A DNA stretch of 63,282 bases, filler included, from Acidimicrobiia bacterium (GTDB taxonomy: Bacteria > Actinomycetota > Acidimicrobiia > Spongiisociales > SHLN01): the NCBI GenBank assembly GCA_041619515.1. It is 3 parts of 3 records of this genome, joined end to end, with 100 filler letters (N's around TTAATTAATTAA, not from the genome) between each part and the next. Parts side by side here need not be neighbours in the genome. Positions count along the whole stretch, not along the records: positions 1 to 29,617 come from JBFKDW010000033.1; 2 more parts are not named here. One strand, written 5' to 3'. The translations under genes were made by a program, and so were the position numbers. The notes under the pieces were generated by a model, which did not search any database, had not been told where the DNA came from, and worked only from the letters and a program-made list of their open reading frames with translations. This document shows positions 9,088 to 18,095 of this stretch, piece after piece (position 1 is the stretch's first letter; each line of letters opens with the position of its first letter).

Positions 9088-9107
9088 ATATGCGAGCGGT
9101 CGCATGT
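9088..9107. promoter_or_regulatory. Palindromic operator 2 (ATATGCGA-N4-TCGCATGT)
   Basis: Lies between a TATGCT -10-like hexamer (9080-9085) and the GAGGAGG SD of the MBL gene; left half identical to operator 1. Confidence 0.72.
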
Positions 9108-9121
9108 ATCGAGGAGGAGCG

Positions 9122-10249
9122 ATGAGTCGGACAATTACCACCGAAGACCTGGCCCAGCGAGTGGACGATGTCGCCCGGGCACCGTTCATTCTCGATGTGC
9201 GAGCCGAGGATCAGTTCGAGCGGTGGCGTATCGAAGGCAAGGCTGCGCTGGTGATGGAGAACATTCCTTACTGGACTGCCCTCACCGACCTCGGCCAGAT
9301 TGTGAAGAAGCTGCCCGAGCACCAGGAGGTCGTGGTCGTGTGCGCCCATGGCGGCTCGTCGGGCATGGTGGCCGAGATGGTCGATCGTCCCAACGTCCAC
9401 AATCTGGAAGGTGGAATGGAGGCATGGGCCAACACCCTGGTGCCGCGCACCCTGTTCGACGACGGTACCCGCTTCGTCATCCAGCTCGATCGCATCGCCA
9501 AGGCCTGCTTGTCGTACGCGGTCGGCTCGCGGGGAGAAACGATGGCGCTCATCGATCCCGGCGGTGACATCGAGCCCTACCTCGCCATTGCCGAAGAGAT
9601 GAGCTCACAGATCACCGACGTGTTCGACACCCACCTCCACGCCGACCACATCTCGCTCGGCCGCCAGGTCGCCTCGCATGCCGACGCTACCTACCACCTC
9701 TCGCCCGGTGACGGTGAGGGCGCCGCCTTCGAGTATGCCGCGCTTCGCGACGGGGAGGTCTTTACCTTCGGAGAGCTGGAACTCATCGTTCGTTCCGTGG
9801 CAACACCCGGGCACACCCCCGGAAGTACCTCGCTCGAAGTGCATGATCGCTTTCTCATGACGGGCGACGCCGTGTTCGTCTCGGGAGTGGGACGTCCCGA
9901 CCTGGGCGGCGAGACCGAGCCGTGGGCCCGTGACTTGTTCAACACCATCCATGAGAAGCTGGGTGCTCTCAGTCGGGAGCTCGAAGTGTGTCCCGCTCAC
10001 TACACGGCCCGCTCCGAGTCCGGCGACGACGGGACCATCCGCCGCTCGCTCGGTGATCTGCTCGAGAACGACCCGGTCGTTTCCCTGGCGGACGAGGCCG
10101 AATTCGTCGACTACGTCGTATCCCACCTGGGGGAGCCGCCCGAGGTCTACGCCAAGATTCGGCGGGTCAATCTCGGTCTTACCGCCCCCGATCCGGAAAT
10201 GGTCAAAGAGCTGGAGGTCGGCCGCAACGAGTGCGCCCTGAGCTCGTGA
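9122..10249 (+). CDS. Rhodanese + MBL-fold fusion, persulfide dioxygenase-like
   Basis: N-terminal rhodanese (ILDVR...VVCAHGGSS...NLEGGMEAW); MBL motifs THLHADH, TPGHTPGS, TGDAVFVSGVGRPDL, PAH; strong SD. Confidence 0.88.
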   Translation: MSRTITTEDLAQRVDDVARAPFILDVRAEDQFERWRIEGKAALVMENIPYWTALTDLGQIVKKLPEHQEVVVVCAHGGSSGMVAEMVDRPNVHNLEGGMEAWANTLVPRTLFDDGTRFVIQLDRIAKACLSYAVGSRGETMALIDPGGDIEPYLAIAEEMSSQITDVFDTHLHADHISLGRQVASHADATYHLSPGDGEGAAFEYAALRDGEVFTFGELELIVRSVATPGHTPGSTSLEVHDRFLMTGDAVFVSGVGRPDLGGETEPWARDLFNTIHEKLGALSRELEVCPAHYTARSESGDDGTIRRSLGDLLENDPVVSLADEAEFVDYVVSHLGEPPEVYAKIRRVNLGLTAPDPEMVKELEVGRNECALSS

Positions 10250-10262
10250 GCGTTCCGAGCCG

Positions 10263-11819
10263 GTGACAAAAGCGCACAAGCCGCCTTCACGATCCCGTCC
10301 CGCTGCGAATCGCCTAACCCGGGGCGATGTCATCGCCGGCATAAGCGTCGCCCTCGTACTCATCCCCCAGTCGCTTGCCTACGCCGAGCTCGCCGGCCTG
10401 CCCGCCTACTACGGGCTCTATGCCGCCGCCCTTCCCCCGCTGGCGGCGGCCTTCTTCGCCTCGTCGAGGTACCTACAAACCGGGCCGGTGGCCATGACGG
10501 CGCTCCTCACCTTCGGGGCACTAGCGGCCTTCGCCGAACCCTTCAGCCGAGAATGGATCGAGCTGGCCGCGTTGCTGGCGCTGGTGGTGGGCGGCATCCG
10601 GGTGGCGCTGGGACTGGTGCGGGGCGGCGTGATCGCCTACTTCATGTCCCAGCCCGTCCTCGTGGGTTTCACCAGCGCCGCCGCCATACTCATCGTGTCC
10701 TCCCAGCTGCCGACGGCCCTGGGCGTCGTGGCAGACGGCGACACGATCCTCGCCCGGTTGTGGTGGACGATCACACACGCCGGTGAGTGGGAGCGCACCG
10801 CCATCGTGTTGTCGGTCGTCACCGTCGTCCTGGTCGCCGGCGGCCGCCGTCTTCATCAGGCGTTTCCGGGAGTGCTCATCGCGGTCGCCGGGGCGATCAC
10901 GTACAGCGCCCTGGCTGACTACACGGGCCTGCGGGTGGGCGACGTCGACCTCAGCCTCCCGAGCTCGCCCCTAGCCCTGCCGTGGGGTGACGTCTGGTCG
11001 CTGCTGGTTCCCGGCGGCGTGATTGCCCTGGTCGGTTTCGCCGAACCCGCCTCCATTGCCCGCATCTTCGCCGCCAAAGACCGAGAACGCTGGTCCCCCA
11101 ACAAGGAGCTCATCAGCCAGGGTGTCGCCAACCTGGCTTCAGGCCTGTCGGGTGGGTTCCCGGTCGGGGGATCGTTTTCCCGAAGCTCCATCAACCATCT
11201 CGTCGGCGGTGAGACCCGCTGGAGCGGGGCAGTCACCGGGGCGGTCGTCCTCGCGTTCCTGCCTCTCGCCGCGGTCATGTCCGATCTGCCGCGAGCAGTG
11301 TTGGGTGCCATTGTCGTGGCCGCCGTTATCCGGCTCATCGATATGCGCCGCCTGCTGGGATTCTGGCGCCTATCGCGCGCCCAGGCTCTCGTTGCCTGGA
11401 TCACCTTTGGCGCCACCCTCATTCTGTCGCCTCGAATCGATGTGGCGGTCGTGCTCGGTATCGGCCTCGGTATCACCGTCCATCTCTGGCGGGAGCTGCG
11501 CGCCCCGGTCGGGTCGGCCTATGACCACGGTGTACTCACGTTGCGGCCGCAGGGGGTCATCTTCTTTGGCTCTTCGCCAGACGTTGCCGACGCCATGACC
11601 GATCTCCTCGCTCAATACCCCGACGCCGAGCGAGTGGTCTTCGACCTGGCCGGGGTGGGGAGGATCGATCTCACCGGGGCGCTCGCCCTCAAGACCCTGG
11701 TCGATGACGCTCGGCTCGCAGGGCTCGAGTCCGAGATCGCCCGGGTTCCCCGGCACGCCGAGCGGGTTCTCAAAGCGGTGTGGGACGGGCATCTCGCCGT
11801 GGAGCGCGACCAGACATGA
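10263..11819 (+). CDS. SulP/SLC26 family anion transporter with STAS domain
   Basis: AGISVALVLIPQSLAYAELAGLP..GLY, GGSFSRS; C-terminal STAS (IFFGS...VFDLAGVGRIDLTG). Confidence 0.93.
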   Translation: MTKAHKPPSRSRPAANRLTRGDVIAGISVALVLIPQSLAYAELAGLPAYYGLYAAALPPLAAAFFASSRYLQTGPVAMTALLTFGALAAFAEPFSREWIELAALLALVVGGIRVALGLVRGGVIAYFMSQPVLVGFTSAAAILIVSSQLPTALGVVADGDTILARLWWTITHAGEWERTAIVLSVVTVVLVAGGRRLHQAFPGVLIAVAGAITYSALADYTGLRVGDVDLSLPSSPLALPWGDVWSLLVPGGVIALVGFAEPASIARIFAAKDRERWSPNKELISQGVANLASGLSGGFPVGGSFSRSSINHLVGGETRWSGAVTGAVVLAFLPLAAVMSDLPRAVLGAIVVAAVIRLIDMRRLLGFWRLSRAQALVAWITFGATLILSPRIDVAVVLGIGLGITVHLWRELRAPVGSAYDHGVLTLRPQGVIFFGSSPDVADAMTDLLAQYPDAERVVFDLAGVGRIDLTGALALKTLVDDARLAGLESEIARVPRHAERVLKAVWDGHLAVERDQT

Positions 11820-12403
11820 TGCTGGGTGCGGTGCTGGCCGGCGGCGGGTCTACTCGCATGGGCCGGGACAAGGCGGTGGTGGAGGTGGCCGGGCGCACGA
11901 TGCTCGACCGGGTGGCCGGTGCCGTCGGAGCCGTAGTGGACCGGGTGGTGGTGGCCGGCCATGAGTCGTTGCCGGGCATCGACCGGCTGCCCGACCCGAT
12001 TGCCGGCCGGGCCGGGCCGCTGGCAGGCGTGGCAGCCGCGCTGGCAGAGGCCGACGGCTCGGGAGCCCAATCGGTGCTCGCGGTTGCGGTTGATCATCCC
12101 TTTGTGCGGCCGAGCACCCTCGCCCGCCTGCTGGAACTCGGGGGTACGGAGGCGGTGATACCCGTGGCGGACGGTGTCCGGCAGGTGACCTGCGCCGTGT
12201 ATCCGGCAGCCTGGCACGCGGAAGCCCTCGCCGAACTGCGCGCCGGAGGGTCGATCCAGAGCCTGCTGGACCGCATGCCGCATCGGCTGGTGACTCCGGA
12301 GGAGTGGACGCAATGGGGGGAGGACGGCGCCTCCTGGTTCAGCGTCGACGACCCGGGTACCCTGGCGGCAGGCGTGGATCGGTTCGGGTCAGTCCTCGAG
12401 TAG
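11816..12403 (+). CDS. mobA: Molybdenum cofactor guanylyltransferase
   Basis: GAVLAGGGSTRMGRDKA, GPLAGV, AVDHP; ATGA overlap with the sulP stop. Confidence 0.9.
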   Translation: MMLGAVLAGGGSTRMGRDKAVVEVAGRTMLDRVAGAVGAVVDRVVVAGHESLPGIDRLPDPIAGRAGPLAGVAAALAEADGSGAQSVLAVAVDHPFVRPSTLARLLELGGTEAVIPVADGVRQVTCAVYPAAWHAEALAELRAGGSIQSLLDRMPHRLVTPEEWTQWGEDGASWFSVDDPGTLAAGVDRFGSVLE

Positions 12404-12631
12404 ACCGTCCCCGAGGCGGGCGGCTTCCTCCCAGGCGGCCGCAGGATCGGCCCCCGCCGCCGCCCGAGCCGCCACGAACCAGCCGGCGAGGAAGGTGGCG
12501 AGGGGAGCGTTCTTGCGCTCGCTTCCGTGCGCCACCCGCCGGGTGAAGTCGAGAATCGCCGCTTCGTCGGGAAGCGAGATCTCCTCACCTGCGGATTCGC
12601 TGAGCGTTCGGGCATAGTCGTCTGTCCACAT
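12389..12631 (-). CDS. Small DUF6457-like protein (MobA-associated in actinobacteria)
   Basis: ILDFTRRVAHGSERKNAPLATFLAG matches the LDLxRxVAHxxxRxxAPLxxFL pattern as I recall it; convergent with mobA. Confidence 0.75.
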   Translation of the reverse strand: MWTDDYARTLSESAGEEISLPDEAAILDFTRRVAHGSERKNAPLATFLAGWFVAARAAAGADPAAAWEEAARLGDGLLED

Positions 12632-12689
12632 GCCCTCATCTTCCCACGAGTGGCACGGCTTGGCGGCGTATCCCGGTAGCGTGCGTGGC

Positions 12690-13406
12690 ATGGCATTGCG
12701 ACAAGACCAGGGAATCGTGCTGCGCGGCTACCCGTTTGGGGAAGCAGACAAAGTCGTGGTGTTCATCAGTCCCAACCGCGGCAAAGTGCGGGCGGTTGCG
12801 AAAGGGATTCGCAAGACGAAGAGCCGCTTCGGGGGCCGGCTGGAGCCCTTCACCCACGTCGACGTGCTGCTCTACGAGGGCCGCAACCTCGACACGATCA
12901 CCCAGGTCTCGGTAGTGGAGGCCTTCTCGCACCTCCGCCTCGATCTCGACAGAGTGTTGGCCGCCGGCACCATGGTCGAAGCGATCGACGCGGTTGCCCA
13001 GGAGGAATCCGGGTCGCACCGGCAATTCCTGCTGCTGCAACGAGGCCTGCGGGCGCTCGAGGGCGGTCCGGTGCACCCGGATCTGGTGGCAGCCTTCCTG
13101 CTGAAGCTGGCGGCGGCGGTTGGTGTAGCGCCGTCACTGTCGGCATGCGCCGAATGCGGGTCGACCACCGATCTGGACCGCTTCAGCCTTTCCTCGGGAG
13201 GTGTCGTGTGCGCCGGCTGCAGTCCCGACCGGGGCGTCAAGCTGCGGGCCGGCCTGACGATGCATTTGGCTGCGCTCGCCGAATCCGACCTCGGCGACCT
13301 CCCTCCCGCCTCCGACCTCTCCCGGGACGCCATCGGGGTGACGAGGCGATTCGTCGAGTACCACCTGGAGCGGCGCCTGGAGAGCATGAGCCTGCTCGAT
13401 GTCTGA
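12690..13406 (+). CDS. recO: DNA repair protein RecO
   Basis: GIVLRGYPFGEADKVV...AVAKGIRKTKSRFGGRLEPF; CAECG/CAGC zinc motif; coupled to uppS. Confidence 0.95.
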   Translation: MALRQDQGIVLRGYPFGEADKVVVFISPNRGKVRAVAKGIRKTKSRFGGRLEPFTHVDVLLYEGRNLDTITQVSVVEAFSHLRLDLDRVLAAGTMVEAIDAVAQEESGSHRQFLLLQRGLRALEGGPVHPDLVAAFLLKLAAAVGVAPSLSACAECGSTTDLDRFSLSSGGVVCAGCSPDRGVKLRAGLTMHLAALAESDLGDLPPASDLSRDAIGVTRRFVEYHLERRLESMSLLDV

Positions 13407-14163
13407 CCGGCTCGACCCCACCCGCATACCCCGCCATATCGGAATCATCATGGATGGGAACGGCCGGTGGGCCAACGCCCGTGGCTTCGAGCGGACGGTG
13501 GGGCACGCCGCCGGCGAACAGTCGATCTTCGACACCATCGACGACTGCCTCCAACTGGGCGTGGAATGGCTGACGGTGTACGCCTTCTCCACGGAGAACT
13601 GGAACCGTCCAGCCGAGGAAGTCGACTTCCTCATGGCATTCAACGAGAGCCTGCTCGTGCGCCACCGCGACGCTGTTGCCGAGAAGGGAGTGCGGCTTCA
13701 CTTCATCGGCCTGGCGGACGATCCCCGGGTCCCGCAGAACGTGGTGGAGCGAATGGCCGAAAGCGAGGCCGTGACGGCCGGCAACACGGCGATGCACGTG
13801 GTGTTCGCCTTCAACTACGGCGGCAGGGCCGAGATCGCCGACGCAGCCCGGTCCATCGCCGAGGAGGTCGCCTCCGGCTCACTCACTCCCTCCGAGGTGG
13901 ACGCGGCAGCCATCAGCGCCCGGCTGTATCTGCCGGAGATGCCAGAGCCGGAGCTCATCATCCGCACCAGCGGGGAGCAGCGGCTCAGCAACTTCCTCCT
14001 GTGGCAATCTGCCTACTCGGAGCTGGTCTTCACCCCGGTGCTGTGGCCCGATTTCGACCGGGCGGCGCTCCTGGACTGCATCCTCGAATACCAGAGCCGA
14101 GACCGCCGCTTCGGGGGGGCAACGGATGCGGCGATCTCACCCGAGCACGCCGCGGAGCAGTAG
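13399..14163 (+). CDS. uppS: Polyprenyl (undecaprenyl-type) diphosphate synthase
   Basis: PRHIGIIMDGNGRWA, YAFSTENWNRP, NYGGR, IRTSGEQRLSNFLLWQSAYSE. Confidence 0.96.
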   Translation: MSDRLDPTRIPRHIGIIMDGNGRWANARGFERTVGHAAGEQSIFDTIDDCLQLGVEWLTVYAFSTENWNRPAEEVDFLMAFNESLLVRHRDAVAEKGVRLHFIGLADDPRVPQNVVERMAESEAVTAGNTAMHVVFAFNYGGRAEIADAARSIAEEVASGSLTPSEVDAAAISARLYLPEMPEPELIIRTSGEQRLSNFLLWQSAYSELVFTPVLWPDFDRAALLDCILEYQSRDRRFGGATDAAISPEHAAEQ

Positions 14164-14862
14164 CCCCACCGCGGCCAGGCCCGAGATCGCCAGCACGGCT
14201 GTGCGAAGTCCTCGGCCTTCGATGCGGGCGGTGAAGAACCGGCTCAGCCACAGGCCCAGGAAGGCCGCCGGGAGGAGAAGTCCGGCTACCCGGATGTCGC
14301 TGCCGCTGATTTCGCTGGTGGCGGCGCGCACCGTGATGGAGAACACGATCCCGATGGCGAAGATGGCGTTGAGGCTGGATCGGAGGGTGCCCCCCTCGAC
14401 GTCTCTGTATAGGAGGGCCAGGGGCGGGCCTCCGATCGAAGCGACGAGACCCATCGTTCCGGAGGCGATCCCCGCCGCCATCTTGGTGATCGGCGTGAGC
14501 CGGACCACTACACCGCTCGCCACGATCACGACGCCGGCCAGCACCAGGACGGCGATGAGCACATCGAGCGCCGACTCCGAGAAGGTCTTGAGGAGCACCA
14601 CTCCCAGGGCGGCACCGGGGAACCTGCCTGCCACCACCCATCCCACTCCCGACAGGTCGAGGTGACGCCATTCACGCCACACGATGGCCACTGCCAGGGG
14701 AAGGGCGATGAGCAACTGCGGCACCGGGGCGAGATCCCGATCCAGCAGGCTCAGCACCGGGACGGAAACGACGGCGAGCCCAAACCCGATGCTCCCCTGA
14801 ATGAGCCCCGCCGCGATGGTGATCACGAAGGCAAGCGCAAGGATCCACGGGTCGGCGGGCAT
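14137..14862 (-). CDS. TauE/SafE family (sulfite exporter-like) membrane protein
   Basis: AGLIQGSIGFG and SIGGPP repeat motifs; about 8 TM helices. Confidence 0.88.
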   Translation of the reverse strand: MPADPWILALAFVITIAAGLIQGSIGFGLAVVSVPVLSLLDRDLAPVPQLLIALPLAVAIVWREWRHLDLSGVGWVVAGRFPGAALGVVLLKTFSESALDVLIAVLVLAGVVIVASGVVVRLTPITKMAAGIASGTMGLVASIGGPPLALLYRDVEGGTLRSSLNAIFAIGIVFSITVRAATSEISGSDIRVAGLLLPAAFLGLWLSRFFTARIEGRGLRTAVLAISGLAAVGLLLRGVLG

Positions 14863-14957
14863 CGGCAGAGCCTACGGTTGTGCCACCGGTCCCACCGGAG
14901 GCCACGGTTTGCAGTGGCCGATGATCAGAATGGGGCCCGGCTCGGGAAGAGGAGACG

Positions 14958-17849
14958 ATGCAGCGAGTGCGGATGGGCGGCATAGGGCTGTCGGTCCTCC
15001 TGGTGGCGGCCGCCTGCACCTCGGATGCGGCGTCGACCACCACCCTTCCCGCCCCCGTGGCGCCCACGACGACGACAAGCCTGCCCTCGGCAACGGTGGC
15101 CATGCCGACGTTTCCCGACGACGCAGAGCAGATAGCAATCGACCCGGACGTGACCATCGGTGTGCTCGACAACGGGCTCACGTATTACGTGCGGCGCAAT
15201 ACCCGGCCCGGGACCAGGGCGCAGTTGCGCCTGGTGGTGACTGCCGGTTCGGCGGCAGAGGATCCCGACCAGCGAGGGGTCGCCCACTACCTCGAGCACA
15301 TGCTGTTCAACGGGACCGAGGCGTTCCCGGCCAACGAGCTGATCCGGGTACTCGAACGCTTCGGCGCCGAATTCGGGCCCGACATCAACGCCTACACCAA
15401 CTTCGATGAGACCGTCTACGAGCTCGAAGTGCCCACGACCGGCGAGGGCAACTTGGAGACGGCCTTCGATGTGCTCTTCGAATGGTCATCGAAGGCCACG
15501 ATCGACGCCGGGGAGGTGGCGGCCGAACGCGGAGTCCTGCTGGAAGAGTGGCGCTTGCGCAGCCAGAACTTCTTCGGGAGGTACTTCGATGAGGTGAGCG
15601 GGGTCCTCCTGGCCGGTTCACCGTACGAGGGTCACGATCCTCTCGCCGACGAGGCCGAGCTGAATGCCACCACCGCCGCGACCCTGCGCCGCTTCTACGA
15701 GGACTGGTACCGGCCCGAATTGATGGCTGTCGTCGCCGTCGGGGACATCGATGTTGGAGAGGTCGAGCAGCTCATCCGTGAGCGCTTCGGCGGTTCGGTC
15801 AATCCGGCCGATGGCCGGCCCCGGCCGGACCTCGGCACCGGGCCGGCCACAGAACCGGGGTTTGTGATCCTGCCGGATCCGGAATCTCCAAACGCATTTG
15901 TCGAGCTCAACTATCCGCTGCCGGCCACCGAGCAGGGCACCGTGGGGACCATTCGCCAGGAGCTGGCGCTCGGCCTGGCGTTCGACATGCTCGTGACACG
16001 GCTGGATGAGGATTCGCGTCGCGGCGACGTCCCGTTCTTCAACCCTTCGTTCGCAGCCAACCCATTCGTGAACGGCCAGCGGACACCGGGGTTGGCAGCG
16101 ATGAGCGAGCCGGTCGACCTGGAAGCGACCGCTCGGGCGCTTCTCGAGGAAGTGCGGCGAGCGGTGATCCACGGTTTCGGCGCCGATGAGCTGGCGCGGG
16201 CGGTGGCGGACGGCAGAGCCCGCGCAGACCTGGCTCTCAGCAGCGTCAGGTCCAAGCAGGACCGGGAGTACGCCGAGGAATACGTCGCTCACTTCACGAC
16301 GGGGTTCCCCATTCCGCCGGCCGAGACACGGCATGAGCTGACCGTCCGGCTCCTCGAGGAGATGACCCCCGGCCAGGTCGCCGATACCTTCCGTGCAACC
16401 ATCCAGTCGACCCAGCCGCTCGTCATCGTTTCCGGCCCGGCTTCGGCCGCCGAGTCCCTGCCGGACGAGGAATCGCTGCGCGACCTGGTGGCAACTGCGG
16501 CGGCAGCCGAGGTAGCCGCTCGGGAGGACACCGGGGTTACCGCCGAGCAGCTGATGGAATCGCCCGATCCCGTTGAAATTGTGGCGCGACGCCCGCTCTC
16601 GCCGCTGCGGCCGACCGTTCTGGAGCTGGCCAACGGTGCCACCGTCGTATACGTGGAATCGGACATCGCGGCCGGAAGCGTCTCCTTCCAGGCCGTCAGT
16701 CCCGGCGGGTGGCTGCTGGTGCCGCCGGAGGACGCGGTGGAGGCGCAGCTGGTGGGCGGGATCGTCCTCGAGAGTGGTGTCGCCGAGCTCGACCAGGTCG
16801 CGCTCTCTCGCTTCCTCAGCGGGGAAGTGGTGGAGGTGGTCACGTTCATCGACGAGACCCGCGAGGTTATGACCGGGAGCGCCGAGACGCGCGATCTGCA
16901 GTTGCTGTTCCAGCTGATTCATCTGTACTTCACCCAACCTCGGGCCGACGAACAGGCCCTGAGCTCGCTGGTCGGCGAGCTTCGCCCGCTGGCGACCGAC
17001 CGGGGCGCGCTTCCCTCACTGGCGATAGCCGATCGGCTCTCAGCGAGTCGCTACCGGGGCGACGCCCGTTACCTGGCCGTGCCAACCGTCGACGACCTCG
17101 ATACGTTCGACCTGTCCCGGGCGGAGAGCATCTATCGAGAGCGCTTCGCCGACGCCTCGGACTTCGTGTTCGCATTCGCCGGTGACTTCGAAGCCGCCGA
17201 ACTGGAGGACCTGGCGGCCCGCTTCCTCGGGACGCTTCCGGCGGCCGGCGTGCGTGAGACCGCAGGAACCGGTCAACCGGCGGCACCGTCCGGGATCGTG
17301 CGCGAAACGGTTGAATCCGGTGACGGCTCGTTCGGGGCCACCACCTACCAGCTCACCGAGGAGATCGGTCTCACCAGCTCTCTCCGTCTCACAGTCCCGC
17401 TGCTCGAGTCCATCGTCGACCAGCGGCTCACCGCACTCCTCCGGGAGGAGCTGGGAGCAACCTATTCGCCGTTCGTCCAGTTCTCGATGCAAGACGAGCC
17501 GGTCGAGTTGATCGAGGTAGTGGTGCAGGTGAGTGGCGATCCAGACGGGCTGGAGCGGATCGCAGATTCGCTCGAAGCCGACCTGACCGATCTGTCCGCC
17601 GCCGGGCCGACGGCCGACGAGTTCGAGATCGCGGTGCAGCAGACTCTGGCGGACTATGCCCTGATCGACAATCTCTTCTGGCTCGACACGATGACCCGCT
17701 ACGTTCTCAATCCCGATCTCGACCCGGGTGAAGTCGCCCGCCGGGAAGACCTGACCCGCGCCATCACCCGGGCCGACGTCCAGTCGCTGGCGCAGCAGCT
17801 GCTCTCGCTGGACGAGTACATTCGCGTCGACCTGGTCCCCGCCCGCTGA
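14958..17849 (+). CDS. M16 family zinc metalloprotease (PqqL-like) lipoprotein
   Basis: Lipobox LLVAAAC; LDNGLTYYV; inverted zinc motif HYLEHMLFNGT; NAYTNFDETVY; second half begins LANGATV. Confidence 0.93.
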   Translation: MQRVRMGGIGLSVLLVAAACTSDAASTTTLPAPVAPTTTTSLPSATVAMPTFPDDAEQIAIDPDVTIGVLDNGLTYYVRRNTRPGTRAQLRLVVTAGSAAEDPDQRGVAHYLEHMLFNGTEAFPANELIRVLERFGAEFGPDINAYTNFDETVYELEVPTTGEGNLETAFDVLFEWSSKATIDAGEVAAERGVLLEEWRLRSQNFFGRYFDEVSGVLLAGSPYEGHDPLADEAELNATTAATLRRFYEDWYRPELMAVVAVGDIDVGEVEQLIRERFGGSVNPADGRPRPDLGTGPATEPGFVILPDPESPNAFVELNYPLPATEQGTVGTIRQELALGLAFDMLVTRLDEDSRRGDVPFFNPSFAANPFVNGQRTPGLAAMSEPVDLEATARALLEEVRRAVIHGFGADELARAVADGRARADLALSSVRSKQDREYAEEYVAHFTTGFPIPPAETRHELTVRLLEEMTPGQVADTFRATIQSTQPLVIVSGPASAAESLPDEESLRDLVATAAAAEVAAREDTGVTAEQLMESPDPVEIVARRPLSPLRPTVLELANGATVVYVESDIAAGSVSFQAVSPGGWLLVPPEDAVEAQLVGGIVLESGVAELDQVALSRFLSGEVVEVVTFIDETREVMTGSAETRDLQLLFQLIHLYFTQPRADEQALSSLVGELRPLATDRGALPSLAIADRLSASRYRGDARYLAVPTVDDLDTFDLSRAESIYRERFADASDFVFAFAGDFEAAELEDLAARFLGTLPAAGVRETAGTGQPAAPSGIVRETVESGDGSFGATTYQLTEEIGLTSSLRLTVPLLESIVDQRLTALLREELGATYSPFVQFSMQDEPVELIEVVVQVSGDPDGLERIADSLEADLTDLSAAGPTADEFEIAVQQTLADYALIDNLFWLDTMTRYVLNPDLDPGEVARREDLTRAITRADVQSLAQQLLSLDEYIRVDLVPAR

Positions 17850-17918
17850 TTGCGCAGCGGAACGAGGCCCGGAAGCGGCCGCCGCGGCGGGCGGCCGCTT
17901 CGCGTTCCTGGTGAACCG

Positions 17919-18089
17919 CTACCCCCCGAAGTCGGCCGTCGACAGGAGGTTGTCGAAGGCATCGATCCAACTGCGGTCACCCTCGTTGGTGATGGTCGTG
18001 ACCGCTGCCAGCGGATCGTCGGCCCCGTCGTCGATCACCCAGAAGCGATAGATCAGAGACGCCGGCTCCGTCGGGGGCGGCCCTAACAT
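17919..18089 (-). CDS. Possible 56-aa ORF or gene remnant ([22 protein letters not shown]...STADFGG)
   Basis: Read by hand, below the track cutoff; fills the gap between the M16 gene and glyQS with GC3-rich codons; no SD. Confidence 0.3.
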   Translation of the reverse strand: MLGPPPTEPASLIYRFWVIDDGADDPLAAVTTITNEGDRSWIDAFDNLLSTADFGG

Positions 18090-18095
18090 CCCCGG

